A stretch of 46,872 nucleotides of DNA from Dehalococcoidales bacterium (GCA_021161775.1 JAGGZY010000050.1:1-46872); one strand, 5' to 3'; positions 26,635 through 36,954 are shown, numbered from the stretch's first letter. The notes: a model not told the origin generated them from the sequence alone. Made by a program: numbers and translations.

Positions 26635-27342
26635 GTGGAGTTAGTGATGGGAGTTACCAAGCAGTTATATCAGTTGCAGGAGGTAGATTCAGGGCTGGAG
26701 TCTGGGACGCAGGCGCTAAGTCAGATAATCAGTCGTCTTGGGGAGAATCAGGCGGTGAGCAATGCCCGTAGTAAGCTGGCTTCGGAACAGCAGGGATTGG
26801 AAGAGTTAAAACATCAGCAACATTCCTTGGAGTGGGAGATAGATGATGTTGTTGCCAAGCTAATTACCGCTGAGGAGGAGCTATACAGTGGGCGTATAGC
26901 TAACCCTAAAGAGCTGGCTAATCTTCAGCGTGAGATTGATGGGCTTAAGCTTAAGCGTTGCCAGCTAGAGGATAAGGTGCTGGAGGTAATGGAGCAGGTT
27001 GAGACGAACTCAGCTACGGTTAGTCGTCTGACCAATGAACTGGAAACACTGGAGGAGGACTGGCGGAGCCAACAACAGCAGCTTGCTGCGGATAGGGAGC
27101 GGCTAGAGGCTACTCTGTCTGAGCTTAAACATAAGCGGGAGCTACTGTCGGCGGGGATTGTGTCTCAAGCAGTTGAGCTATACGATGAGCTTAAGAGGCA
27201 GAAGGGAACCGCGGTGGCTAAGGTAGAGCAGGGGATATGTCAGGGCTGTCGGATATCACTATCAGGAGCGGAGCTACAGCGAGCCAGGGGAGACCGTTTA
27301 AGTCAGTGCAGTAACTGCGGGCGTATCCTGTTTCTGGAGTGA
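26635..27342 (+). CDS. Coiled-coil protein with C4 zinc ribbon (DUF164/zf-RING_7 type; probable start 26647)
   Basis: LYQLQEVD N-terminus; CQGC...CSNCGRIL. Confidence 0.88.
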   Translation: MELVMGVTKQLYQLQEVDSGLESGTQALSQIISRLGENQAVSNARSKLASEQQGLEELKHQQHSLEWEIDDVVAKLITAEEELYSGRIANPKELANLQREIDGLKLKRCQLEDKVLEVMEQVETNSATVSRLTNELETLEEDWRSQQQQLAADRERLEATLSELKHKRELLSAGIVSQAVELYDELKRQKGTAVAKVEQGICQGCRISLSGAELQRARGDRLSQCSNCGRILFLE

Positions 27343-27372
27343 AACCACCAGATTGATAATTTTAGGGGGTAG

Positions 27373-27783
27373 ATGAAGCTAACCAGGGTGATAATCCACG
27401 CTGATGGTGCCTCGCGGGGTAACCCGGGGCTGGCGGCTATCGGAGCGACGCTAAAGGATGAGGGGGGGCGGGTTCTGGCAGCTATTTCGCAGCGGATTGG
27501 GCGAGCGACCAATAATCAGGCGGAATACCAAGCGCTAATTGCCGCTCTGGAAAAGGCTATCAGTCTGGGAGCTAGTGAGGTTGATATATATTTAGACTCG
27601 GAACTGGTCGTCAGACAGCTAACTGGTCGGTATCGGGTGAAGAGTGTGGTACTTAAGCCGCTGTACCGACAGGTAAAGGGGTTACAGGGCCAGTTGGTGG
27701 GATTTACTATTACCCACATCCCCCGTCAGCAGAATGCCGAGGCAGATAATCTGGCGAATTTAGCCTTCACAGGACCTGGTTGA
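27373..27783 (+). CDS. rnhA: Ribonuclease HI family protein
   Basis: DGASRGNPG, TNNQAEY, DSELVVRQ, N.EADNLAN. Confidence 0.93.
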   Translation: MKLTRVIIHADGASRGNPGLAAIGATLKDEGGRVLAAISQRIGRATNNQAEYQALIAALEKAISLGASEVDIYLDSELVVRQLTGRYRVKSVVLKPLYRQVKGLQGQLVGFTITHIPRQQNAEADNLANLAFTGPG

Positions 27784-27808
27784 CTTTGATGCCCTCGGCA
27801 TTTAGTAT
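27780..27808 (+). promoter_or_regulatory. rnpB promoter
   Basis: TTGACT, 17 bp, TAGTAT just upstream of the P1 helix. Confidence 0.6.
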
Positions 27809-27815
27809 AAAAATA

Positions 27816-28169
27816 GGTCAAGTAGACCGGGTGACCGCCCGCCTCAGGTGGGAGGAAAGTCCGAGCTCCACCGGGCAGGATGCTGGGTAACGCCCAGGGG
27901 GGGTGACCCTACGGCTAGTGCCACAGAAACATACCGCCTGGCGGTTAAGTCGGGTAAGGGTGAAATGGTGAGGTAAGAGCTTACCAGCGGCCGGGTGACC
28001 GGTCGGCTGGGTAAACCCCATCCGGAGCAAGACCAAACAGAGGGACCCAAGGACGCCCGGCCTGTCCCCGGGTAGGTCGCTTGACCCTGGTGGTAACGCC
28101 AGGGCTAGATAGATGGTCACCGCTTCGATTATTCGGAGTACAGAACTCGGCTTACAGGTCTACTTGGCC
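27816..28169 (+). ncRNA. rnpB: RNase P RNA (class A)
   Basis: GAGGAAAGTCC, AGTGCCACAGAAA, GGTAAACCCC, ACAGAACTCGGCTTA; terminal P1 pairing GGTCAAGTAGACC/GGTCTACTTGGCC. Confidence 0.96.
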
Positions 28170-28228
28170 CAGTTAGTCGTCCCTTACCGTGACCAAAGGT
28201 GGTATAATTTTGGGTTGATCTTACAATT

Positions 28229-30346
28229 ATGAAGGAGAGGTTAAAGTTGGGCGAAACAAATTTTGAGTATCTGTTTAAACCAAGGTCAGTAGCAGTTATC
28301 GGGGCGTCTAACAAGGAAGGTAAGATTGGTTATTCGGTGCTTAAGGGTCTGATTTCAGGGAATTACCAGGGTAAAATTTACCCGGTTAATGTTAATGAAT
28401 CCGAGGTTCAGGGCCTAAAAGCCTATAAATCTATTTCGGATGTCCCCGATGATAACATTGATATTGCCGTGTTTGCCATCCCGGCGAAGTTCTGTATTAA
28501 GGTGGCTGAGGAGTGTGGCCAGAAGGGGGTGAGGTTTGGCGCTGTAATTACCTCTGGTTTTAGTGAAGTAGGTAATGTGGAAGCCGAAAGAGGGCTTGTC
28601 GAGGTAGCGAATAGGTACGGCATGAGGATTATTGGGCCTAACATCATGGGGGTACTTAGCAATCCGGTGAAGTGTAATGCCTCTTTTTGCCCGGTGTTAC
28701 CCTATCCGGGGAAGATAGCCCTTATCTCTCAGAGTGGTGCCATGGCGGTAGCCGCAGATATGAAGGCCTGGCTGGAGAAAATCGGCTTTTCCTATCTAAT
28801 CAGTGTCGGTAATATGGCTGATGTTCAGTTTGATGAGTTAATTGATTATCTGGATACCGACCCTGATGTTGATGCTATTAGTCTGTATATTGAAGGGTTG
28901 AAGGATGGTCGTAATTTTATGAAGGCGGCGAGGCGTTGTCGCAAGCCTATTGTGGCGCTAAAGGGGGGGGTGTCGGCTCGAGGCGTTCAGGCGGCGGCGT
29001 CGCATACTGGCTCCCTTGCCGGTATTGGTAAGGTGTTTGAGGCGGCTATCAAACAGTGTGGGATACTCAAAGCGGACAATCTCGATATGCTGTTCGCTCG
29101 TTCCAAGGCATTAGCTGCTCAGCCAGCTCCATCGGGGGACAATATTCTTATCATTACTAACGGGGGTGGGGTTGGGGTGCTCGCTACTGATGCCTTGGAG
29201 TTATACGGGATTCCGTTAAAGGCAGCTCCGGAGGATGTCCAGCAGGAGATGAGGAAGTATATGCCCTCCTTCGGCAGTCTGGGTAATCCAATAGATATGA
29301 CCGGGATGGCAGCAGCTCAGACCTATGGTGATGCCGTAAGAGCGGCCTTGGAACAGGATTGGGTAGATGCGCTAATAGTGCTTTATTCCCAACCAGCGAC
29401 AACCGACCCGGTAGAGATATTTGATGCGGTGGCTCAGGCGATTGAGGATTCTAAAGTTACCACTAAGCCAGTGGTCGTTGGTTTGGTGGGTGGAAAACGA
29501 TGTAATGAGGCAGTAGTTAAGCTCACCCAGCAGGGTATCCCGTCTTATGACAGTGTGGAGGTAGCCGCCAACGCTATGGCCGCCCTGTGTGAGTTTACCC
29601 GGTTTGAGCAATTCCAGAACGCCGAATTTGTTCCCTATACTGATGTCGATAAGGATACGGTCAGGAAGCTCATTGACCATGTAAGGGCTGAGGGAAAAGG
29701 GGCGCTCAATGAGCTGGAGTCAAAGGAGGCGATGGCGGCTTATGGATTAGATGTGGTGACTACCCGTCTAGCCAAAACCGAAGATGAGGCAGTGAAGCTG
29801 GCGGGCCAAATTGGCTATCCGGTGGTTATGAAGATAGTCTCTCCCGATATTCTACATAAGAGCGATGCTGATGGAGTAAAGGTGGGCATAAAGGATGAAG
29901 CGAAGCTCAGGGCGACCTATAGTGAGATTATACAGAATGCCAGAAGATACAATTCCACGGCTGAAATTCTGGGTATCGCTATCCAGGAGATGGCGCCGGT
30001 AGGTACTGAGGTTATCGTTGGTTCGACGACCGATTCTGCCTTTGGGCCGGTGATGATGTTTGGCTTGGGGGGTATTTTTGTCGAGGTGCTAAAGGATGTT
30101 GTCTTCCGGGTAGCTCCAGTAAGCCAAGAGACTGCCCTGAAGATGATGGAGGAGATTAAATCCTATCCCATACTGACTGGAATTCGTGGAGAATCTCCCA
30201 GAGATGTAGCGGTGATGGCGGAGATGATAAGCCGGATGAGCCAGTTGGTATATGATTTCGATGAAATTAAGGAATCAGATGCTAATCCCATTTTCCTATA
30301 CCAGAAGGGCGGTAAGATAGTTGATGCCCGCATTATCCTGAAGTAA
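28229..30346 (+). CDS. ADP-forming acyl/acetate-CoA ligase, fused alpha-beta (probable TTG start 28247)
   Basis: SVAVIGAS CoA-binding, GPN, SQSG, SHTGSLAG catalytic His, TNGGG, HKSD ATP-grasp; no GNAT domain. Confidence 0.9.
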   Translation: MKERLKLGETNFEYLFKPRSVAVIGASNKEGKIGYSVLKGLISGNYQGKIYPVNVNESEVQGLKAYKSISDVPDDNIDIAVFAIPAKFCIKVAEECGQKGVRFGAVITSGFSEVGNVEAERGLVEVANRYGMRIIGPNIMGVLSNPVKCNASFCPVLPYPGKIALISQSGAMAVAADMKAWLEKIGFSYLISVGNMADVQFDELIDYLDTDPDVDAISLYIEGLKDGRNFMKAARRCRKPIVALKGGVSARGVQAAASHTGSLAGIGKVFEAAIKQCGILKADNLDMLFARSKALAAQPAPSGDNILIITNGGGVGVLATDALELYGIPLKAAPEDVQQEMRKYMPSFGSLGNPIDMTGMAAAQTYGDAVRAALEQDWVDALIVLYSQPATTDPVEIFDAVAQAIEDSKVTTKPVVVGLVGGKRCNEAVVKLTQQGIPSYDSVEVAANAMAALCEFTRFEQFQNAEFVPYTDVDKDTVRKLIDHVRAEGKGALNELESKEAMAAYGLDVVTTRLAKTEDEAVKLAGQIGYPVVMKIVSPDILHKSDADGVKVGIKDEAKLRATYSEIIQNARRYNSTAEILGIAIQEMAPVGTEVIVGSTTDSAFGPVMMFGLGGIFVEVLKDVVFRVAPVSQETALKMMEEIKSYPILTGIRGESPRDVAVMAEMISRMSQLVYDFDEIKESDANPIFLYQKGGKIVDARIILK

Positions 30347-30359
30347 TCGCTATATAATT

Positions 30360-31138
30360 TTAAACTTTAGGAGCTATGGGGTCAGTAATAGCTTCGCTGT
30401 CGTCCCACTGGGTAACCTGGGTTGTCCAGAGGTGACTTAATGTTGTTTTCAGGATAGCCTGGCGTGGTTCAGGTATGGTAAGTAGTAGCTTTAGCTGGCG
30501 GCGGTCAAACTGGTGGAGGAAGGGACATCGTTTCTGGAAATGGCTGATGGTGGTTCGAGCGCCTCCATATACTATGTAGTCCAGTGTCTTTGCCTGAGGC
30601 TCAAGTTGCTGGCGGGCATGATTACATACCCGAATAAAGAAGGCTTCTATCTGCTTGTCGCGGTGTCGCGCGAAGCGCCGCTCTGAGGAACCGCCCTGAC
30701 GGTGGCGAGAGTGGATAAGACCGGTGCCGACCTTACTGGTGATGAGTTTTTCCCCTTCACTGATGCCGATAGCGTAGGCGCCCAGTCGTATCAACACCAG
30801 GGCTATCCGAAGATTGCTCTGGAGCTGGTGGCATACCGGCTGGGTATCGTAGCCGTGGGTCAAATATTTTTCGGTAACGGGAAACGGGGGCAGTATCAGG
30901 TACCCTCGTGACTGCCCCCAGAAGAGAACACCCCGGTCGCTGAGGTAGCGGTAGTCTGAGCTAAATCGGCAGCGATAGCTGGGGCGTTAACCACTTTAGC
31001 TATCCAGCTCTGGCTATCTGGAGTAGATAGCCCTGAGGGCAGATATAGGGTTACGGCATCTTCTGGGGTTGATTCCAGTTTGTCTAGAAGTTCCAGCATC
31101 CCTGAGCGACTAAGTGAAAAGTGCCTTGATATCAACAT
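30360..31138 (-). pseudogene. eRF1/VLRF1-like (actinobacterial/chloroflexi type) release factor, split by a 1-nt frameshift near 30930
   Basis: ORFs 30896..31138 and 30360..30863 join via ...TG/VLFWGQSRGYLILPPFP...; LIRLGAYAIG, RHRQGGSSERRF, IVYGG motifs. Confidence 0.72.
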
Positions 31139-31141
31139 AAA

Positions 31142-33502
31142 CTATAGCCTGACAATAGTAACGCCGTCGCCTCCCTCCCCCCTCTCCCCGGGGCGGAAGG
31201 ATTTAACCAGGGGGTGAGACGTCAGAGAATCCCTGACGATGCTACGCACCGTACCGGTAGCCATACCGTGAACAATACAGATCTCACCCAGGTTAGCCAG
31301 TGAGGCATTATTAAGGTAGCTATCCAGCGCCGGGGCTACCTCATCGGCTCGCTTACCTCGCAGGTCGAGCTTAGCTGACACCACTTGCCTAGTTATCTGT
31401 CGGGTTATCGGTGTAGGTTTGGCAGCTTCGCTAAGGGTAGGGGTTATCTTTTCTATCCGGTTGAGGCTAAGGCTAAACCGGGTTGATCCCGATTGAACCT
31501 CAACCTCGCCGGTTGTCTCTGATACTGTAAGCACCTTTACCTGAAGGCCAGCTTCCTTGAGCCAGACGATGTCCCCGACCTTAATCGACTTGCTTATCTC
31601 TTTGGTTTCTACATCTTTTACATCTGGTTTGGGCTTCCAGGCTTGGCTATTTAGCTTTTCCCGCACTACCTCAAGCGCTCTTCGGGTTTGCTCTACCCTC
31701 TCCCGTGATTTCTGCTGGCGTAGCTCGGCGGCCGCCTGTCGGATTTCCTGCTGTAACTGGGATGCCTCACGCGCAATCTCGTCCCGGGTCTGTTGAATGA
31801 CCTGCTGTCTCTCGATAGATAGCTGGTGGAGCTCAGCACTCAGCTCGGCATTATGTTTCTCGGCTTGGGACTTTCCTTTTTCCAACTCACCGCGCAGGGT
31901 CTCCAGTTTTTTCTTCTCCTCAGCAAGGTCAGTAATCAGGGTGGCTAGCTTTCTGGTATCGGTAGTTATCATTTCTCTAGCGCCGGTGATAATCTCGGGG
32001 GGAAGTCCAAGACGAGCGGCGGTCGCTAGGGCATTACTACCCCCGGGAATGCCCACCGTTAGGTGATAGGTCGGGGTTAAGGTCGCGGCGTCGAAATCGA
32101 GGGAGGCATTCTGGAGTCCCGGGGTAATGTGGGCGAATGCCTTTAGCTCACCATAGTGGGTAGTGGCGATGGTCATTATTCCTCGCTGGCGAAAATAGTT
32201 CAGGGTAGAGCAAGCCAGGGCAGAACCCTCGGCGGGGTCGGTGCTGGTGCCCAGTTCATCGAGAAGCACCAGACTTTCGGGGGTGGCATTTCCGGTGATG
32301 TGGATAATGTTACCAGTGTGCCAGCTAAAGGTGGACAGGGTTTGCTCAATGCTCTGTTCATCACCAATATCGGCGAAGATATTGTCAAAGACCGGCAGGC
32401 AGCTATCGGGTGATGCCGGGATAGGCAGTCCTGCCTGAGTCATCAGACTGAGTAAGCCGATGGTCTTCAGAGTAACCGTTTTACCACCGGTATTAGGCCC
32501 GGTGATGACCAGAATGGAGAAATCCCGACCTATCTCTACTGACAGGGGTACTGCTTGATTGCCGAGCAGGGGGTGTCGGGCGTGGATAAGCTTAAGCACC
32601 CTAGCCTGACTCCCCGGAGCAATCAGGCTGACTTCAGTGGCGTTTACCTGTCGGGCATATTTTGCCTTGGCTAGAGCTAGGTCTAGTGTGGCGCTGAGGG
32701 CGATGTTAGCCGAGATTTCTGCCTGTTGGTCACCAACCTTGCCGCTGAGGGCGCAGAGTATCCGGTCTATTTCGTGCTTTTCTTCCGTAATTAGCTGGCG
32801 AAGCTCGTTGCCCAGCTCTACTACTTCCCACGGCTCAACAAATACCGTTGCCCCGGTGTTAGATACATCATGGATGATGCCAGTTATCTCTTTGCGGGCT
32901 GCTGACTTAATCGGGATAACATACCTGCCTTCCCGCTCGGTAATAACTGGTTCCTGAATAGCCTGCCGTGCCAGTGCTGACCGGATAATGGTATCCATAC
33001 GGTGGAGTAGCTGGTGGCGTTGTTCCCTGAGCTGATGCCGGATGCTGGTTAGTTTAGCTGAGGCTGAATCCAGTAGTTCGCCATCAGGGGCGATACATTT
33101 GGCAATAGCTCTTTCCAGCTGGGGCAGTTGGCTAATACCACCAGCAATATCCCAGAGCCGGGGGAGTTCAGTACTAAACTGGCTAAGGTTATGGCGTAAC
33201 TGACGGGTGGCGGCTAGGGTTTGTTGAATCTTGACCAAGACTGGCGGCTCAAGGGTCTTGCCCCGTCCCGCGGTATTTACTGCCTCCCGAATATCAGTGA
33301 TGCTACCAATGGAGAAGTCGGCTTCCCGTGCCAGTAGGTAACGTGCCTCCGCCGATTGGTTGAGTAGTAGCAGGATAGATTCGTAGTCGGAGATAGGCTG
33401 AAGGTTGGTAGCTAACTCATGACTGGCGGAGAAAGAGGTAAACCCGGCGATTATCTCCTGTATCCGGCTAAACTCCAGTATTTCCTGACCCTTATTATCC
33501 AC
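31142..33502 (-). CDS. mutS2: Endonuclease MutS2
   Basis: TGPNTGGKT, DIGDEQSIEQTLSTFS, LLDELG, coiled coil, KOW, C-terminal Smr LDLRG...VHG. Confidence 0.96.
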   Translation of the reverse strand: MDNKGQEILEFSRIQEIIAGFTSFSASHELATNLQPISDYESILLLLNQSAEARYLLAREADFSIGSITDIREAVNTAGRGKTLEPPVLVKIQQTLAATRQLRHNLSQFSTELPRLWDIAGGISQLPQLERAIAKCIAPDGELLDSASAKLTSIRHQLREQRHQLLHRMDTIIRSALARQAIQEPVITEREGRYVIPIKSAARKEITGIIHDVSNTGATVFVEPWEVVELGNELRQLITEEKHEIDRILCALSGKVGDQQAEISANIALSATLDLALAKAKYARQVNATEVSLIAPGSQARVLKLIHARHPLLGNQAVPLSVEIGRDFSILVITGPNTGGKTVTLKTIGLLSLMTQAGLPIPASPDSCLPVFDNIFADIGDEQSIEQTLSTFSWHTGNIIHITGNATPESLVLLDELGTSTDPAEGSALACSTLNYFRQRGIMTIATTHYGELKAFAHITPGLQNASLDFDAATLTPTYHLTVGIPGGSNALATAARLGLPPEIITGAREMITTDTRKLATLITDLAEEKKKLETLRGELEKGKSQAEKHNAELSAELHQLSIERQQVIQQTRDEIAREASQLQQEIRQAAAELRQQKSRERVEQTRRALEVVREKLNSQAWKPKPDVKDVETKEISKSIKVGDIVWLKEAGLQVKVLTVSETTGEVEVQSGSTRFSLSLNRIEKITPTLSEAAKPTPITRQITRQVVSAKLDLRGKRADEVAPALDSYLNNASLANLGEICIVHGMATGTVRSIVRDSLTSHPLVKSFRPGERGEGGDGVTIVRL

Positions 33503-33645
33503 GAAACCCCTCAGGCTTACCAGTATATCGTATTATATTGTATCACCAAAGGTGGCTAAGCTGAACCGGATTAATGTTGCTCATTAGATTAGCCTCGGTT
33601 ATAATTTTAGTTAGGCAGCGACCGGTCTGGTGGTGAAATACCTTA

Positions 33646-34815
33646 GTGAGAGTGAAAGCAATGTCAAAAACGGTAAGAATTATGCTAGCGACCCTGTTGG
33701 TGAGTGTGCTAACGCTGGTCTTGGGGATGGGTTGTTCATCTAGCCCGTCTTCAGATTTGGGTATCGTAAACGAGGCGTGGGAGATAATCTTTCGAGACTA
33801 TGTAGACGGGGATAGCCTTGATGCCAATGCCCTGCAGCAGGGGGCAATCCGGGGGATGGTAAAGGCACTGGATGACCCTTATACAGCCTATCTGGACCCC
33901 GATATCTGTAAATTCAGTATGAGTAACCTGCAGGGGAAGTTTGAGGGTATTGGGGCTCATGTGGCGGTTAAGGATGAGCAGGTTATCATTGTTGCCCCTA
34001 TCCCCGGTTCGCCAGCGGCTAAGGCGGGTATCCGGGCGGGGGATAAAATCCTTGAGGTTGATGGCAAGTCTACTGCCGAGTTGAGCCTGGCTGAGGTAGT
34101 GCTTCTAGTGCGTGGCCCCAAAGGGACCCCGGTAAACTTGCTGGTTCTCCATGAAGGGGATACTGAGCCGGAGGAGATTGAAATTATCCGTGCCGAGATT
34201 AAATTGGAAAGCGTTCATTTTGAGATGAAGGGGGACATCGCTTATATCAATATTACCCACTTTTCAGCCCGGACTAATGAGGAGCTAGACCCTGTATTGG
34301 ATAGCGCCGTTAAGCGGGGGGCGACCGGCATTATCCTCGACCTGCGTCGCAATCCCGGTGGCTTGCTGACAGCGGTGGTTGATGTTGTTAGCCACTTCTT
34401 GAAGGAAGGGGTAGTCACCACGATGGTGGACAATCAGGGGGAGCAGACCATCCTCTCGGTTAAGCCTCAGAAGACGACTACTGACCTGCCGATAGTAGTG
34501 CTGGTAGATAGCTTTAGTGCCAGCGGTAGCGAGGTGCTGTCGGGGACACTACAGGATTATCACCGAGCTACCATTGCTGGTAGTAAGACCTTTGGCAAGG
34601 GTAGTGTTGATATCCTGCGGCATCTCTCTGACGGCTCAGGATTATATATTACCACCGGTCGCTGGTTGACCCCCGATGGTCATCTCATTGAGGGCAAGGG
34701 TATTGAGCCTGACTATGAGCTTGAGCTTGAAGGCGAGGCTGCTATCCAGTGGGCAATAGATTATCTCAAAAGTGGTAAGCAGGTAAAGCTTCGGGATGCT
34801 GTAGCGTCGGGCTAA
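33646..34815 (+). CDS. S41 carboxyl-terminal processing protease (probable start 33661; lipoprotein-like)
   Basis: LDDPYT, FEGIG PDZ, LDLRRNPGG, SASGSE, TFGKG. Confidence 0.93.
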   Translation: MRVKAMSKTVRIMLATLLVSVLTLVLGMGCSSSPSSDLGIVNEAWEIIFRDYVDGDSLDANALQQGAIRGMVKALDDPYTAYLDPDICKFSMSNLQGKFEGIGAHVAVKDEQVIIVAPIPGSPAAKAGIRAGDKILEVDGKSTAELSLAEVVLLVRGPKGTPVNLLVLHEGDTEPEEIEIIRAEIKLESVHFEMKGDIAYINITHFSARTNEELDPVLDSAVKRGATGIILDLRRNPGGLLTAVVDVVSHFLKEGVVTTMVDNQGEQTILSVKPQKTTTDLPIVVLVDSFSASGSEVLSGTLQDYHRATIAGSKTFGKGSVDILRHLSDGSGLYITTGRWLTPDGHLIEGKGIEPDYELELEGEAAIQWAIDYLKSGKQVKLRDAVASG

Positions 34816-34816
34816 G

Positions 34817-36196
34817 TTAGAGGCGCTTAACCATATAGTTTCCCCGTAGGGAATAGCCAAACTCGGTGCGGTAGTACTCTCTAGCCCCGACCCCACTGAG
34901 GATGATTATCTGGGGCGTCTGAAATTCCTCTTTAGCGATACGCTCGGCTTCGCTGAGTAGTGCTTTGCCTAAGCCCTTATGCTGGGCTGAATCGGGGTCT
35001 TGCTGATTGAGGGAGACCTCGTGACCGAATACATGTAGCTCCCTGATTAAGGCTAGCCTGCCCTGAAATTCTCGTTCCAGATTAGCTGGTGGCAGGGATT
35101 GAATCCTCAGTCGTAATAGCCCGAACAGGGTTTCTCGCTTATCCTCAACGGATAGAAAAATCTCACTGCCTCCTGAAGCCACATAGTCCATTCTCACTAT
35201 ATGGGGGGTACCTATCTCCCAGCCATCGCGCCTCCGGTGGCCATATTCCCGACACCGGATACACCTACATTCCTTACCCTGCTCTCGAAGGCGTCGTTTA
35301 GCTACATCCCGTAGTGAGTCCCTGGGACCCCCGGTAATATATTGCGCTGGGATATCCCGCAATACCCGGGAGATTCGGACATATTTGGGGACAATGGATT
35401 TAATGTCACTAATCAGATTAATCATCACTTCATCGGGGTAGGGTTGATAGCGTCCCTCCTGGCGCCATCTCTCCAGCTCGGTACCTTCTATCACCATCGT
35501 GGGGTACAGTTTTAAGCCATCCGGTCTGAACTGGGGGTCGCTAAATAGCCTCTTGGATAGCTCAAGGTCCCTTTCCGGGGTTGAGCCGGGTAGCCCTGGC
35601 ATCCAGTGATAGTATACCTTAAAGCTGTGCTCCTTAAGCCGTCGGGTGGCGCTAACCACATCGGCTACCTGATGTCCCCTTTTGATTAGGTGGTAAATTC
35701 CATCATCTATTGTCTGGACGCCGAGTTCTACCCGGGTGGTGCCGAATTCCAGCATTCTATCTATATCTTCCTGTCGGCACCAGTCGGGACGGGTCTCGAT
35801 ACACACCCCGATACAGCGATGGGTGGCGGTTTCATTGATTTTCTTGGCTTCTTCTAGGCTAGCTGATGGCTCGCCATTTAGGGCATCAAAGCAATCCTTG
35901 ACGAACTGATATTGATAGTCTATGGGGGTGGAGAGGACGGTGCCCCCCATTATTATCAGCTCAATCTTGTCGGTGGGGTGTCCCATATCGGAGAACATCT
36001 TTAGTCTTAACTGAACCTGTCTCCCAGCATCATAATCGCATCTTATTGCCCTGAGTACCGCGGGTGAGGTTGGGGTGTAACTCTGGGGTATGTTAGGGTA
36101 GGTGGGACAGCAGATACAGTGCCCTGGGCATTTCATCGGCTGGGTCATCACTGCCAGGGGGGTAACCCCGGAGATTGTTCGGGTGAGTTTCTTCAT
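34817..36196 (-). CDS. elp3: Elp3 tRNA U34 carboxymethyltransferase (radical SAM plus KAT)
   Basis: RTISGVTPLAVM, CPGHCICCP, PQSYT, ETRPD, ELGVQ, KLYPT, CRCIRCRE, RELHVFG, QHKGLG. Confidence 0.95.
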   Translation of the reverse strand: MKKLTRTISGVTPLAVMTQPMKCPGHCICCPTYPNIPQSYTPTSPAVLRAIRCDYDAGRQVQLRLKMFSDMGHPTDKIELIIMGGTVLSTPIDYQYQFVKDCFDALNGEPSASLEEAKKINETATHRCIGVCIETRPDWCRQEDIDRMLEFGTTRVELGVQTIDDGIYHLIKRGHQVADVVSATRRLKEHSFKVYYHWMPGLPGSTPERDLELSKRLFSDPQFRPDGLKLYPTMVIEGTELERWRQEGRYQPYPDEVMINLISDIKSIVPKYVRISRVLRDIPAQYITGGPRDSLRDVAKRRLREQGKECRCIRCREYGHRRRDGWEIGTPHIVRMDYVASGGSEIFLSVEDKRETLFGLLRLRIQSLPPANLEREFQGRLALIRELHVFGHEVSLNQQDPDSAQHKGLGKALLSEAERIAKEEFQTPQIIILSGVGAREYYRTEFGYSLRGNYMVKRL

Positions 36197-36230
36197 AGTA
36201 TACTTACTATCAGTGTAGCAGATTAGGCTT

Positions 36231-36878
36231 ATGGCAACAAACCGAGATGTATTTAATCGGATAGCCCCGGGGTGGTATAACTTCAGACACTGGTCTATCT
36301 TTGGCAGAGAGCTAGAGGAGCTGGCACGGCGGTGGCAGGGGGGGCGGTTGCTTAACCTTGGCTGTGCTCACGGGGCTGATTTCTTACCCTTGGGTGAAGG
36401 CTTTAAGTTATACGGGGTGGATAGCTCCTCGGAGATGCTAAAATTTGCTCGGAGATACGCCCGAAAGTTTAACCTTACCCCTAATCTGTTACTGGCTGAT
36501 GTCAGCTTACTCCCCTTTGATGACCGATCCTTTGATTGGGTAATCTCGGTAGCCACCTACCATCACCTGAGGAGGAAACAGCAACGGGCCGCTCTTGATG
36601 AGCTGTGGCGGGTGCTGAAACCGGGGGGAGAAGTCTTCATTACGGTGTGGAATCGCTGGCAACGGCGCTTCTGGTTTAAGCCCAAGGAGGTAGCTATACC
36701 TTGGCGGACAGGTGATGAGACGCTCTGGCGTTACTATTATCTGTTCTCCTACCCTGAGCTGGAGAATTTGGTGAGGAGTGCTGGCTTCAGGGTGTTAAGA
36801 GCCTTCCCCGAAAGCTCTTACTGCTACCGGTTTCGGTTCTGGTCGCGGAATATATGCCTGCTGGTAGGGAAGCCTTAA
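36231..36878 (+). CDS. Class I SAM methyltransferase, Trm9/ALKBH8-like
   Basis: FNRIA..W..FR, LNLGCAHG, FDWVISVATYHHL, ELWRVLKPGG..FITVW, IPW, RYYYLF...ELE. Confidence 0.8.
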   Translation: MATNRDVFNRIAPGWYNFRHWSIFGRELEELARRWQGGRLLNLGCAHGADFLPLGEGFKLYGVDSSSEMLKFARRYARKFNLTPNLLLADVSLLPFDDRSFDWVISVATYHHLRRKQQRAALDELWRVLKPGGEVFITVWNRWQRRFWFKPKEVAIPWRTGDETLWRYYYLFSYPELENLVRSAGFRVLRAFPESSYCYRFRFWSRNICLLVGKP

Positions 36879-36954
36879 ATAGAATAACTTTACATATTGC
36901 CCATAATTTGGTTTAATTAGCTAAATATCAACAGTTAAGGCGAGGAATTAGCAT

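Noticed and set aside
27818-28314. Minus-strand ORFs of 100, 68 and 61 aa
   Set aside because: They are antisense shadows of the RNase P RNA.
28229-30346. Protein lysine acetyltransferase Pat regulating Acs
   Set aside because: No GNAT domain, and the phosphorylated His motif (SHTG) is intact.
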